NCBI GenBank assembly: GCA_035084275.1
Contig: CM068756.1
Span: forward strand, 5,270,001 to 5,334,000
Direction: 5' to 3'
From: Hydrolagus colliei
Taxonomy: Eukaryota
DNA length: 64,000 nucleotides
The notes under the pieces were generated by a model. That model worked only from the letters and a program-made list of their open reading frames with translations. It searched no databases and had not been told where the DNA came from. Numbering within the stretch: the first letter of the stretch is position 1; each line of letters starts with the position of its first letter. The translations under genes were made by a program, and so were the position numbers. Positions 1-12,600 of the stretch are shown in pieces.

Positions 1-312
1 GTAATTTAACCAAGCTTTTGTCTATTTAAATCACCTTGTAAATAGTACCATAATTTTTCCCCCAAAAAAGTAATTCCTGATCAACTATTTAAAAGCTCAG
101 GCATTTGGAGGTGAAGAATCCTGAAGTGGTTTTGTGCATCTGATAGTGTCCTATACGCAACACTGCAGGCATTAGGTTCAGAGCAGTTTGTTCTGTGGAA
201 TATAGTAGTGGGAGATGAGGATAGGCATGGATAGATCTGAATCCGTTTTATTTGTAAAGATCTTCAGATTTCACCAGGAATTGGAACATCATGTCACATT
301 TTACCTTCGTAG

Positions 313-408
313 GAACAGACTGGAATCTGTACCTGATTGGGTCTGCGAGACCAAGAAACTGGAATTGTTGGATGTTAGTCGCAACCTGATTACAGAATTA
401 CCTGTGAG
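313..408 (+). CDS. PHLPP2: PHLPP2 LRR exon ([31 protein letters not shown])
   Basis: ttcgtag|GAAC ... GAG|gtaggt; 96 nt, phase 2-2; LRR consensus. Confidence 0.93.
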
Positions 409-3400
409 GTAGGTATCACAAAATGTGAATATATACTCCATATTCTCAGTCTTGCGTGTAGTTTCATATATAATTTAATTTGATTTTATTTAATACTAAA
501 AGTACAATCCTGCTTTCACAATCCCATTGTGGTCCCCTTCTTTCAATGGTTTGTCACAGGTTGTTGTCCAGTTTGAGCCTACAAAAGCTGTTTGTTGGAC
601 ACAATCATCTTCAGAGTCTCCCCAACCAACTGGAGCACACCCCTCTGGATGTTTTTGATGTTCAGCACAACCAACTCGCAGAGCTCCCAGAATGCCTGTT
701 CCTGAAGGCCTTGAAGTAAGTATAGTGCAATCATTCCTACATTAATGGTCTCCCGTGAACCTTAGCCAAGTGGAGAGAGAGAGACATTTACTGCACAATT
801 TTCTGTTGGTGCACATACCACCAGAGGGTGCATGTGGGGAGTTTGGAGGATTACAAACTAGTGCTAAAGTTGTATAGTTAAAGGCCACCTACAGCATCTT
901 GTATATGATCTTTTGTCTTAAAGGCATTTTTGCTTCTACTGTTCCTTTTTTGATAGCCTTATGTCACATCAATAGGCACTTGTTGATGTCTTCAGTGTGA
1001 TCTGTGACTGTTGGCTGCATTCTGAGCATCTGATTTGAAGTAATTGAGTGAACCATGTGAACCAAGTGATTTGAACAGTAAATATATCTATTGTATTGAT
1101 GATGAGTAAAAGCAAATCTCGTTCATGTATTTTACATCTATCTGTCATGATTTTTAGCCACGACTTGTGAATTATGTTCTGTTTCTCAAACACCTCTGTC
1201 TCAAAGCATAATGAGCAAAGTGGGTGGCAATGCAAATGATTGTCATGTTAACACTGAAATTTATTTATTCATGATTTTGTGTGTGTTCTTTTTAAGCCTA
1301 AGAATTCTTAATGTGTCTGCAAACAATCTGGAATCGTTGCCTTCCAGCAGTGATACTGAGGAGAGTCTTAGCGTGCTTCAGGAACTTTATTTAACGGGGA
1401 ACAACCTGACTGATAAGTGTGTTCCAGTGTTGACTGGACACCCCCGCCTTCGAGTCCTTCATATTGCTTACAACCAACTGCAGTCATTTCCAGCCAGGTA
1501 AGGCAGAATTTCTCTCTATATAAATGGGCAGTAAAAGCCCATTTATCCGTGACCCGATCAACCGGATTGCTCGACTCCCTCCCGGGGCAATTTTCCATTC
1601 CAGCAATCACGAGCTGGAATGGAACTTCCAGTTGGGTTTTCGACAACTTGCCGCCCGATTATCCGACAGTCAAATAGTCGACCCCCCGGAGGGTGCCGGA
1701 TAAACGGGCTTTTACTGTACCAAGATTCAGCAATCACTCAACTCGTACACATCCACCCAATATTCCTGTTTTTGATAGCCAGAACAAAGTACTCAAGCTT
1801 TCGATGGATAGAAAGAAGGTTTATTCACAGGTAGAGTTGAATCCCATAATTTGCCCATGAATTTTTCAGCCTCTTGAAAACTGCAATCGACACCCAAAAT
1901 CTAACTAGTTTTAGGGAAAAAAAGCAACTATGTTTTGCACAGTCAATCCACTTTACAATATATTCTGTGAAGCACCTTGAGACATCACATTCACTTGATA
2001 AGGTATTATATTATTACTTATCTTGAAAATTTGTTCCACTCATCTGCTGCTGCTCAAATTTCTTTCCAATCTCTTGTCTGTCTTAAACTTCATTTTAAGA
2101 CCATGTTTGCAAGCTCTTCATTCATAGACTAAGTCAAATTCCTGTTTTACATCAGTTATATTGGCAGGTGACTAATAGTGGGACTCTAGATGGTCTGGTT
2201 AACTTGAGTAGCTTTACTGAATCTGTTATGAAACTCAAATAAATGGTATCTGGGAATAGCCCTGTCTACAAGCTTGCACCTTTAAGGAAATAATTGTGTC
2301 TCCTAATGTGGAGGATCATCTGTGAATCCACTTTTCATTACTTCAGTTAAGACCTGTCATCTTCATTTTAGTATTGGTGCATCTTTCTGCTTGCAAACTG
2401 TTTGCAACATTGCTGCATCAATGTGCTAATTATCCTGGAGTTCAATTGTGAGATGTCTTTAAGTATCTGCCTTGGTGCAAGTCACATCCAATCTAAAGTA
2501 TTTGAAGTTTCTGATTCCATCCAATTACACTGATTAGTTTCACTGTTTCCCCTTCAGCAAGCTGACAAAGTTGGAGCTATTAGAGGAGCTGAATTTAAGT
2601 GGAAACAAACTGAAGGCCGTTCCTACCACTATCACCAGCTGCAAGCGGCTGCATACCCTCGTCGTCCATTCCAATAACGTCACTGTCTTCCCTGAGATCT
2701 TGCACTTACCCGAGATTAAGGTACACATATAGATTAAGTTTAACTGTGGTGTACTGATTTTTCCCGTGATATTGAAATTTTCCCACACCATGTTTTTCTT
2801 ACCATGTCATCTCCCACTTCTCCAATTTATAATACGTGCTCTCACTTTATACTCTGTCCCACCCCTTCACAAGTATACAAACATAGTCTACTTTTCTCTC
2901 TGGTGGGAAGATCTTGTGATCTGGTTGGTGAATGATGCTTTAGCTAAGATGCACACTACTGCTTTTGAGCCATTGGAATGTGAAGGGATTGGCAGACTGC
3001 CAACAAAACCCATCTTGTTCCTTGACTTAATCAACTCCAAAGCCATAGAGGTCAGTAGACTTGATGAAGATGGTCTGTTCCATGCCAAAGGCCATCCTCA
3101 ATATGAGAGAAGCAGCTTCTTTGTTACTTCTCGACACAATTGTGATTTGAACAATGGATCACGAGTTGCTGTTTGTCAGGATATTTGAGATGTATCACCG
3201 TTTATATCAATAAGAGCAAGTTGTCAACGTTAAAGCTCTGTGCAAGGCTTATCTATGTATGGTATTTTCTAAAACAGTCAATAGGCATAAAAGTGGAAAT
3301 TCCAAGAACTCAGGTCGAATTGCCTTGCATTCTTTCTTATATCTGATGACAGTTTGAGCTATGTTCTATGGAATTTTGTAACTGCTCATTTTTAGCCTTT

Positions 3401-5033
3401 GCACATTCTTGTTTGAATAGCAAATGGTTGTATCGATTGACTCGGGTGTTGGTTTCAGGTCTCACACTAATGCCATTGTTTTTCCTTCTAATGTTCTGGT
3501 CCCATTTTAGCTGGTTGACCTCAGTTGTAATGAGCTTACAGAGATTTTGATGCCTGAGACGCTCCCATCCACTCTTGAGGAACTGGACTTGACTGGTAAC
3601 ACAAACCTGGTTCTTGACCACAAGACCCTAGAAATATTCAGGTAGATACAGCCCTGTTTAGATCTAGCCTGATGATAGATAATGTTTGGTAAATGCTGAT
3701 TGTCATCAGTGACAAGAAGTTAATGGAGCCGTTTGCTGACACTTTTGTGTCTGTTTAAATAAATATTGAAAATGTAGGAGTTTGGGCCAGTGTTGTTTCT
3801 GGTTCTCTTTTCCAGCTTGTCATGCACCATTCCCAAACACAGCAAGCAGCCAGATGACCCGCTCCCAAGCCTCTTCCAAATATCACTCTCTAACCAGCCC
3901 CTAGGAGCTATACAAGAGCTGTATGGGGGTGATGATCAGCTAACTCAGCGCTGACCAGGAATCGAACCTGGGACATTCTGGTCTGTATGGCTTTGTGCTA
4001 CACTGGGGTAGTGCCTTTACCCACTATGCCATCAGAGAGCCAGGGTATTATTTTCTATTGTCATTTTGTAACCCAGTCACATTATGTTGATGTTTAAGGT
4101 TTTGTTCACTGAAACATTAACTCTGGCCATTTTAAGATTGGTCCAACTGAAGAGTTTAGCACTTGATTGAGACCTAGAGTGCTATGAGTTGGAACAGTTT
4201 TGTGCTGTTGCCATATTTTTGAACTAAAACACGTTTATTTAATTTCCTTCTGATAAATAACTACAATACCATCAAAGAGGAGATTACACCTTTCTCTAAA
4301 CAAGATATAAACCCAATGGGATAGCATTTAAGAGATGATTTCTATTATACCCAGTCCCTGAACAATTCTAGATTTTAGCTGATCCTTGCAACAGTGCAGC
4401 ATGGATTAAGCTGGAAGTATCTGAGCACTTCATCTATGTTTTAAGCCATGAAGAGCTGTAGCACATAATACAGGTATCCTTCCCCAACCGCGGCCTTGCC
4501 AAACACGAAACTCATGTATCCACGGTTTGCTAAATGCGACAATCCTCACAAACTGCGTTTTGCACATCCGCGATTTAAATCCGCGAGTTTAAATTTTCGA
4601 ACAGCTAGCGTACAGCACTCGGACCCAGTTGCGATGTTGCAATCAACCAGTGACAGTGCTTCTCTCTTAGGATTAAGGTAAATACATGCATTTATTGTAG
4701 CTGTTATTTAGTTAACATGCATTTATTGTCGCTTCTCTGCAGCCTAGCTAGTAAGTTTGGGAGCATTGCCTTCCCCCCACACCCCCCTTCCCCCACACCC
4801 CCTTCTCTCTCACCTCTCTATTTCACCTTCTCTTCCCCCAAACCCGCCCCCCCCTTCTCTCACCTCTCTCTCTCTGACTCACCTTCTCTTCCCCCCACCC
4901 CCCACTCCCCACTCCTCCTCTCTCACCTTCTCCAGCCCCCCGTGTCACCCCCCATATGTCTCTATCTCTGTGTAAGTCCGTCAGACAGCCCCCCCCAGCC
5001 CCCATGTTATCCCCCCCACCCTCCGTCTCTCTC

Positions 5034-5066
<33 letters not shown>

Positions 5067-8000
5067 AAGTCAGACAGCCTGACTGTCTGATTGCTGCAGA
5101 TGCTGGCAGCCAACGCTCCCAAACTTACTTCCCCTATCCCCAGGTATGTTTTAACTGTATGTATTTTTTTGTGTTTAGTTTTACTAAACGCAAACTTACT
5201 CCCGTATCCCCATGTTTCCAATAGGGCCCTGCATTTTCCAAATGCGATTTACCAACCACAAAGGTTTACAGGAATGTATCCCTCGCGGTTGGGGAGGGAT
5301 ACCTGTATTCCACAATATGTATTTTTTCCCCTTCATTAAGATTGAGAAATGAGTTGATGTAACATTTATGACTTGTTGGTGCATAACCATTTTTGATTTT
5401 GTGATTCTGGTCATCTCACTTTGGCTGGCCACCATTGCTATGTTGTTGGGTGTCGTTCAAATGACAACTTGGCGGAAATAGCCCCCGTTTTTGGCCGCAT
5501 TATAGTTAGCAGCAGGTTTGAAAATTGTAGAATTGTCATTTCAACAGTTTTCTCAACCTCAGGAATATTCTGTAAATTGAGATAGAAATGAAAACAATTA
5601 TCAATCATCTCCTTTTCTTACAGTCATATTGCCACTTTGAAAATTGATCAAAAGCCGCCAGTTCTGACGAATGATTCCATGGGAGGTCCTACGCTTTGGA
5701 GTCATGGCTACGCTGAAATGGCAGGACACAGGAACAAGTTAGTACACATTTAGGTGCTAGTTGTTTCATTGTGAGGGTTACATGGGCTTATTTATGCACC
5801 ATAAATGTTGGGGGCGTCAGCCCTGCTCAGTGGTAACACATTCGCCTGTTCAGTCAGAACGTTGTGGGTTCAAAACCCATGCTGGGACTTAGAATCGCAT
5901 GATGTAAATTGACAGTTGCAGTGCTGTGGGGGCAGAGAGTTGCATTGTTGGAGATGGTGTCCTTCAGATGAGATATTAAACCAAGGTCCCATCTACCTGT
6001 TCAGGTAGACCTTTAAAGATTCCACTATTCACACTATTTGAAAAGAGACGGGACTTAGTTTCTCCCAGTGTCCTTGCCATCAAATCCCCCAAATAAAATT
6101 GGTCTTTCACTGCATGGCTGTTTGTGGGATATTGCTGTGCCTTTACAGTGTATCCTATAAAACTGTTTTGTGTTTCTAGACTCTGCCTCTCGGTGCTTGC
6201 CCTAGATAGCTTTGGAGATAACCTGGAAGCATTGTACGGTGTGTTTGACGGAGAAAGGAATATGGAGATCCCACGTTTGTTGCAGTGCACTGTGGGGGAT
6301 GTGCTGGTAGAGGAATTGCAACAGTCCAACGTGGACAATGTTTATATGACCCACACGTTCCTCGTGTCTCATAGGTGAGAAAGCTGCCATTACGGGCCAT
6401 GAAACGAGATTATTAGCAATGCTCTCAATACTTATTCAATTTAACTCTTGTTTGTACAGAAAACTGGGGATGGTGGGACAGAAGTTGGGCTCCTCAACAG
6501 TTCTTTGTCACATTCGACATGATCCCAGTGACCATAACAGCAACTTCACCCTCACTGTGGCCAATGTGGGCAGTTGTCAAGTGGTGGTATGTCGCGATGG
6601 GCAGCCATTGCTGCTCTCAAAAGTGTTCAGTCTTGAGCAGTGTGACGAGGAGTTGGAAAGAGTGAAACAACAAAAAGCCATTATAACTGAGGTAGGCACC
6701 AGAATTTAGCATTCTTTACCTTGTGTGTATGTATGTTATGTAAATAGGTACCTGTGTACTAATGTCGCAGCATGTAGACAACCATAAATGTTTATTTTTT
6801 GTTTGTTTAGAATTCATGCAGTGATTCTATTTAGCACATAACAGTAGGCTTACTGTAATTTATGCTGTTAAATGGGTGGAATTGAACTGATAGTTTGTGT
6901 TGCGTACTCTACCTCCTGTTCTTCTTAGTTTACGAAAAAGGAATTACATTTGCTGGAATTCTGTGATTAATACTGTTTCTGTTTCTTAGGACAACAAAGT
7001 GAATGGTGTGACTTGTTCTACACGTCTGTTGGGTTGCACCTACCTGTTCCCATGGGTCCTTCCAAAACCCAATGTTCACACAATATCACTTACTGCTCAG
7101 GATGAATTCTTCATCTTGGGCAACAGGACACTCTGGGAAAATGTTTCATACACTGAGGCGATAGAAGCTGTTCAGAATGTGCCTGATCCCCTTGCAGCAG
7201 CCAAGAAACTTTGCACACTTGCCCAGAGCTACGGTTGCTACGACAACGTTGGTGTTGTGGTGGTGAATTTGAGTATCGGAGAGGACAGCTGTACATGTGA
7301 AGTGCATGGAGTTCCGATGCCAAGTCCAGGCATGTACGCTCCACCTGTTAACATGTTAATAAAAGAGAATGCGCAGTTTCCAGTTACCCCATCGTCTAGT
7401 AGCGGTATAGCATCTGAATTCAACAGCGAGATGTCTGCTTCAGAAGTCAGCAGTGAGGTGGGATCTACAGCTTCGGACGAGCAGCCAGCTACGAGCTTGG
7501 AGGCTGGTGCGGTCCCTCGCTCTGAACGCCGCTGCAGTCTGCATCCCAGCACTTCGACCAGTGTGTTCCAGCGGCAGCTTTCTAGCGCGGCGTTCTCCGG
7601 TAACCACTCTGACAATGGCCTCGACAGTGATGATGATCGACCAGTTGAAGGAGTAATTTCTAATGGCAGCAAACTAGAAGTCGAAGCAGACATTCACTGT
7701 TTCCAATTCAGAGTTCCTGGGATTTCGTCCCCTTCACAAGTTGGTGATGAAGGGTTGTGTGTTAGTATGTCTGAGGATGACAGTCCGGGAGCTTACTTAA
7801 AGGTACAGAGACAAAATGGTGTAAACGCTGGGTCACCGTTAACAGTTAATAAAGACGGAAATGATCTGAAGAAATCTTCGTCTGCCTTGAACCTACAGGG
7901 TAAGAAGTTTTCAAATGGGTCTGTGGTCCCTCTTGAAAAAAGCCACAATATTATTGAGGTGGCCACAGAAGCACCAAAGAAAAAGTGTGGGTATTTTGCA

Positions 8001-8165
8001 GCACCTGCACAGCCAGACCCAGAGGATCAACTAATTGTGCCACCAGACTTAGAAGAGGAGGTAAAGGAGCAAATGAAGCAACATCAGGATCCAGTTTCAG
8101 AATCTGAATCTGAAAGAGACAGCAACAGATGTGCCCAACAGGAAGTTTATGACACAGCACTGTAG
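313..8165 (+). CDS. PHLPP2: PHLPP2, 3' part (5' end lies outside the window); join 313-408,560-715,1297-1497,2558-2720,3511-3641,5624-5737,6180-6374,6460-6691,6990-8165
   Basis: All exons are AG/GT bounded with matching phases. LRR repeats are followed by a PP2C-like domain and a Ser-rich tail ending YDTAL (PHLPP2 type; PHLPP1 ends DTPL). Tail-to-tail with MARVELD3, as in human. Confidence 0.95.
560..715 (+). CDS. PHLPP2: PHLPP2 LRR exon ([21 protein letters not shown]...FLKAL)
   Basis: tcacag|G ... GAA|gtaagt; 156 nt, phase 2-2. Confidence 0.93.
1297..1497 (+). CDS. PHLPP2: PHLPP2 LRR exon ([15 protein letters not shown]...NQLQSFPA)
   Basis: tttaag|C ... CAG|gtaagg; 201 nt. Confidence 0.93.
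1529..1717. mobile_element. Tc1/mariner (pogo/Tigger-like) MITE
   Basis: Terminal inverted repeats CAGTAAAAGCCCATTTATCCG / CGGATAAACGGGCTTTTACTG (1 mismatch in 21). TA on the 3' flank only. Internal inverted repeat TTCCATTCCAGC...GCTGGAATGGAA. Confidence 0.8.
2558..2720 (+). CDS. PHLPP2: PHLPP2 LRR exon ([22 protein letters not shown]...HLPEIK)
   Basis: ccttcag|C ... AAG|gtacac; 163 nt, phase 2-0; translated by hand. Confidence 0.93.
3511..3641 (+). CDS. PHLPP2: PHLPP2 last LRR exon ([13 protein letters not shown]...[20 protein letters not shown])
   Basis: ttttag|CTG ... CAG|gtagat; 131 nt, phase 0-2. Confidence 0.93.
3930..4041 (-). mobile_element. LF-SINE-like tRNA-derived SINE head
   Basis: Minus strand GGCTCTCTGATGGCATAGTGGGTAAAGGCAC...GCCATACAGACCAGAATGTCCCAGGTTCGATTCCTGGTC..GCTGAGTTAGCTGATC; A/B boxes; resembles the remembered LF-SINE 5' end. 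Confidence 0.7.
4471..5305. mobile_element. Non-autonomous pogo/Tigger-like DNA transposon with CT-rich interior
   Basis: TA|CAGGTATCCTTCCCCAACCGCG ... CGCGGTTGGGGAGGGATACCTG|TA: 22-bp TIRs (1 mismatch), TA TSD on both sides, no transposase ORF. Confidence 0.88.
5624..5737 (+). CDS. PHLPP2: PHLPP2 exon, start of PP2C-like domain ([11 protein letters not shown]...[14 protein letters not shown])
   Basis: cttacag|T ... AA|gttagt; 114 nt. Confidence 0.92.
5808..6145 (+). mobile_element. Old Deu-domain SINE (SacSINE/AmnSINE-like)
   Basis: tRNA-like head (GCTCAGTGGTAACAC...GGGTTCAAAACCC), then CCTTCAGATGAGATATTAAACCAAGGTCCC...TAAAGATTCCAC..CACTATTTGAA...GCTGTTTGTGGGATATTGCTGTGC. Boundaries approximate. 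Confidence 0.7.
6180..6374 (+). CDS. PHLPP2: PHLPP2 PP2C-like exon ([11 protein letters not shown]...GVFDGERN...FLVSHR)
   Basis: ttctag|A ... TAG|gtgaga; 195 nt. Confidence 0.94.
6460..6691 (+). CDS. PHLPP2: PHLPP2 PP2C-like exon ([12 protein letters not shown]...[15 protein letters not shown]...AIITE)
   Basis: gtacag|A ... GAG|gtaggc; 232 nt. Confidence 0.94.
6990..8165 (+). CDS. PHLPP2: PHLPP2 terminal coding exon ([12 protein letters not shown]...QEVYDTAL*)
   Basis: tcttag|GAC; 392 codons to TAG; C-terminal PDZ-binding motif. Confidence 0.96.
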   Translation, partial: DNKVNGVTCSTRLLGCTYLFPWVLPKPNVHTISLTAQDEFFILGNRTLWENVSYTEAIEAVQNVPDPLAAAKKLCTLAQSYGCYDNVGVVVVNLSIGEDSCTCEVHGVPMPSPGMYAPPVNMLIKENAQFPVTPSSSSGIASEFNSEMSASEVSSEVGSTASDEQPATSLEAGAVPRSERRCSLHPSTSTSVFQRQLSSAAFSGNHSDNGLDSDDDRPVEGVISNGSKLEVEADIHCFQFRVPGISSPSQVGDEGLCVSMSEDDSPGAYLKVQRQNGVNAGSPLTVNKDGNDLKKSSSALNLQGKKFSNGSVVPLEKSHNIIEVATEAPKKKCGYFAAPAQPDPEDQLIVPPDLEEEVKEQMKQHQDPVSESESERDSNRCAQQEVYDTAL

Positions 8166-9385
8166 CACTTATTTATCTTCTGTGTCAATGGATTCTCCAC
8201 TCTTCATTCACAGACAAAATATGAGCTAGGGTATTATTGTATCAGATATCTCTTGTACAAAACATATAAGTCAAAATGTTTTATGTTGTACGTGACATAA
8301 CTTACAGTAGATTCATGATGCTTCGGCATATGCTGAAAACAAACTTACTGTTTGGTGTTGACATTGAACTGTTGCTTTCAGTTTACCCTGTTTTTTTTCA
8401 ACATTTAATTCACATCACAAATTTGTAATCAAAAAATCATCCACACCATATTCTATTTAATTTCTGATTTTACATACTGCCTCTTAAAATGAACAACTTT
8501 AATTGGGTTACTGTATTGAAGTTAAAAAAAACGATTGCAGTGCCTCCAAAGGAGTAAGAACAGGAGCAAAGTATCCCAACTTCTTTGATATATTTAGCTG
8601 CAGTGCTGGACAGGCTCACATTAGCTATCAGCTCTCAAGTCAGTGAGCTGTTCAGAATATTGATGCTAAAACCCTGCAGGTCGCTGTGCTTTTAATGGTC
8701 TTGTGCATTTACTCAATTTTTTCAGCACTGTGTTTTCGGACACTCGCGTTTGGGAAGATTTAAATGGTATGGAAAGTTTGTGATGGTTTATAAGATTAGA
8801 TTTTATGTTTCTACAAAGCAGTGCTGTAGAAAAAGAAATTGCGGATTTCAAGCATGATTCTGAACAAGGCTCATCTTTGAATATTGCTCTATTTCGAGAA
8901 GCGACTTTGATGTGACAATATGATTTTTTTCATTGTTTCTAAAAATACCTGGAAAAAACATTCCTGGATCTTATTTAGTAATTGTTTTGTATTAATATGC
9001 ATAATTGTTTTAAAAAAAGATACTTTCCATAATAACATATCAGGGACATTTCTAGGTTAATTCAGAGGATTAGATACATTTTGCCAATTTAAAAATATTT
9101 CATGATTTTCATTAATATACATTAATATAATGTAATATACATTAATATAAATCACATTAATGATTTTCATTAATATACATTATTAATTCCACCAGTAAAT
9201 GGTGGAATTAATAACTACAGTACTGGTAAGTCAGTGTTTTTTTGCCTCATGAGTCTGAAGGTTGCAGGTTTGATTCTGCATCAAAACTCGAGCTCATTGT
9301 CTAGGCTGATACTCTAATACCAGGTCAGATGAGACACTAAATCAAGCTTGTTTTTATATTTAGTGGTTCAGATAGATGCTGAAAG

Positions 9386-9683
9386 TAATAATAATCCTTG
9401 CATTTCATATAATGCTTTTCACGTCTTCTAGATGTCTCAAGCGCTTCCCAGAATATACTGTAAAGTTAATTGACTGTATATGTGGGCGAAACATGGCAGC
9501 CAATTGCGCACAACAATGTCCTACAAACAGTCAAAGATTGAAATGACCACTTAATGGATTTTTTTGAGGGATATTATCAGGTGTGTGGAGTAAGGAAACT
9601 TGCCTATGGTTTTGCCCTGCCTGGAATCGAACCCAGGTCTTTCGCTTGTAAGGCGAGTGCTCTAACCAATGAACTACAGGACT
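9386..9683 (-). mobile_element. Full-length tRNA-derived SINE (Deu-like core, L2-like tail), family A
   Basis: Head AGTCCTGTAGTTCATTGGTTAGAGCACTCGCCTTACAAGCGAAAGACCTGGGTTCGATTCC; tail ...ATGCAAGGATTATTATT; many similar copies in the window. Confidence 0.9.
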
Positions 9684-12600
9684 AGGAATTCTAATCAAAG
9701 TAAACAGATCGCAGATTTAGTCCATAACTTTAGAACTCTGAATTAAGAACAATTTTTATATACAAAACATTGACTAATTTCTTTGTTTAAAAATTGCTGG
9801 AATAGATTCTATCAAAGTATCACTGTTTCAAGGATCATTCTCAGTTTTTGGCCAATTCACCATCGATCCTAATTCAGCAAAACATTGATCAGTCATCTCA
9901 TCAAGTTGGCTGCTGTAAATTAGCTGCCCTATTTCTGAACCAACTAATGGTTGTTACACTTAAAAGCATTGAGGATGTTCCAGCATGATTAAGAATATCA
10001 AATGCAAGCAATTATTTCAAGTAAAATGCTTGTGAGCCATATAAGTTAGTCTGAAACAAGATTTGCAAAGTGAATACTACTTAATGATTATGATGAATTG
10101 AAAATAATTTTGGCGGCAACAACAAAATTACATTTGTATAGCTGAGGCTGTAACATTCCACTATAGTTTGAAAATATTTGAATTGAATTTGGGTTATTTA
10201 ATCTAGCAAAAGGCTTTATTCTATCTATAATGTTTGTCTCATATTTCATTCTTAATTTTAATGTCATCCTCTATGGAATAATGTTTTTCCAGATTGTTGT
10301 AAATAGAACATTTTGGTCCACATTTTCATGTTTTTTTTAAAGCTTCCAAACAGGTATCCAGAAGGAGCATAATATTTGCACTTCCTTGCTTTTATAGCTT
10401 GAGTGCTAGTCTTGCAATAACAGCACGTATATGTGAGCTAATTTATTAATTCTTACATCCCCAGACTGCTTTGGTGACAATGTGGGAAAATTGTGGCAAG
10501 CAGCAGAACGCTGCACAATGGTACCATTTGTTACTGTGGTACCCCAAGGAGAGAAGACAAAGACCTGGATTTTGTATCAACTTTGGCTGCTTCATGGCTG
10601 GCAAAAGCATGTGATTTGAGAGTTGTGGTGTGGACCCTTAAGGGATCAAAATAAGTAGGGAATCTGCAAGTTACTGGAGTAGTGTGCATTTAAAATGGAA
10701 AAAAAAATGTTCAGGGAGGAAAATATTTAGAATGGAAGAACCTGTTTACAAAGACTGATCAAGGTATTCATCTGTCAATTTGATAGGAAGTTTGATTCTG
10801 GCCATTTAACCATTTGTATGATGATCTCATGCACAGCTTCTTTGAGTGGAGTATGGAGCATTGGATGTTTCTACCAGATCAATTATTTTTCTTATGAAAA
10901 TAACTATATTTTATTGGCACAAATGCCTTTTAGGTAACTATGGAGTACACCAAGGCTGCAGTACATGGCTTAGAGCAGTGCTGTCCTCCAGTAATGAGCG
11001 ATTCACTCAGTGTTCTGTATCTGCATCTAATTTTTTTCCCCAATATTTTGCAATTTATATGTGCTCATATTCTCATTCCTTTTTGTTTAAAATTTGCACA
11101 ATTTGTCTAAATCAATGACTGTCTCCATGATGTTTATGAACAGTAATCCTAGTGTAAAATGATGCAGTGGGTGGTAGTGTGGTTTAGAGCTGAATATTTT
11201 CCAGTACTGGTGTAAATGTTACAAGCAGAATGCACATCCAAAGTCTTGTAAATGCAAAGCTGAATGCCAACTATTTTATCTTTGTTAAAATCTTTCTTAG
11301 TAATGTTTATTTTAATTTCTGCTAAAGTGAGCACTTTAAAAAGCAATCTACTGTATGTATACAGACCTGGTAATAATACTGAGTGGTATCTGTTGCATGA
11401 TCCTTAGCTGTATAAGAGAGCCTGTCACTACTGCACATTTGCTGATGGTTTTAACATTGGAGTATATTGCAGTACAGTATTTGAAAATTCTATGCAGAGA
11501 AGATAAATTGTGCTTTTATAAATAGGTTGGAATGAGTTACAGGAAAGATTTTAATGTAGGGTTCAAGTGATGTTTACAAGTCACTCAAGCTTTGATATTT
11601 GTAACATCACTGGAGTTTCCAGTTTAACTTTCTTGTAACTACATTTCACCTATTTTTTTGCACTAAATGCAAATAATGGAGTGAGCATGTGAAAGTATAA
11701 ATGACTTCCACATGCTTACATCACATAGCTTTGGTATTTTTCCTGACTGCCTTTAAGCATTTATTAGAAGTTAATGCCATATGTGATGCGTCCTGAAGTA
11801 TAGTATTTGACACCATTTATAAGGGTGGCATCTGTATATTGTGTATTTTCAGGAATTGTTCCATTCCCATCAGCTGATGGAAACTAACCATTGACTTATA
11901 AAATGAAATTGATGATCAAAAATAGAATATATTAAGAAGCATACCCAACAATTCAGTGTAAATAATTTTTAAAGGAAATATAATTTCTGATTTTATGAAG
12001 CAAATCATATTGTATCTGGCTGATGTATAGATATTACAGCAGATTCATAGGCAGAGCTGAAAATATCAAATATTTCTTTAAAAAATACAGTATTAAATAT
12101 ATAATGTAAGTTAAATATTTTTCTCTGCACAAAGCAGGGAGGCAGCATGAGTTATATACTTTGTCAATTATAGTTTTAAAATCATATGTTTACTGTGTGT
12201 CTGACTGGTGCATTTGAATTGGAATTCAGTGAGGAGTTGCTAATTTTGAAGTGCTAATTTTAATTTAGCAAATGATGGGTTGAGCATTTGATGGGTTGAA
12301 AGAAAATGCGATTCTTTTTGAAGCTTTGTCTAACAATATTAATTTCAATACCAACCTTCACCCTTTTCTGTCCTGCCCAATTTTTCACTGTGGTGAAATT
12401 TGCACCCTTCTGCTTGATTCAATGTCCTGTCTAAAGTGAAAGAAGGAATAAATACTCCTAGGAGTGGTAACAATACTTGTGACATAGTCACTAAAATTTA
12501 CTAATCTTCTCTGAGAGAATGTAGCCAATTCAAAAGCAGCTTACTGTAAATATAGCAGCACTTCCTTTGATCCTAACTACGTCATTGTTAACTAAATTTT

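Noticed and set aside
4717-5221. Pro/Ser-rich and Gly/Glu/Arg-rich ORFs
   Set aside because: Artifacts of the CT-rich interior of the DNA transposon.
7111-7693. Antisense and alternative-frame ORFs over the PHLPP2 last exon (likewise over MARVELD3 21069-21627)
   Set aside because: Shadow ORFs expected from codon bias and low complexity; no independent motifs.
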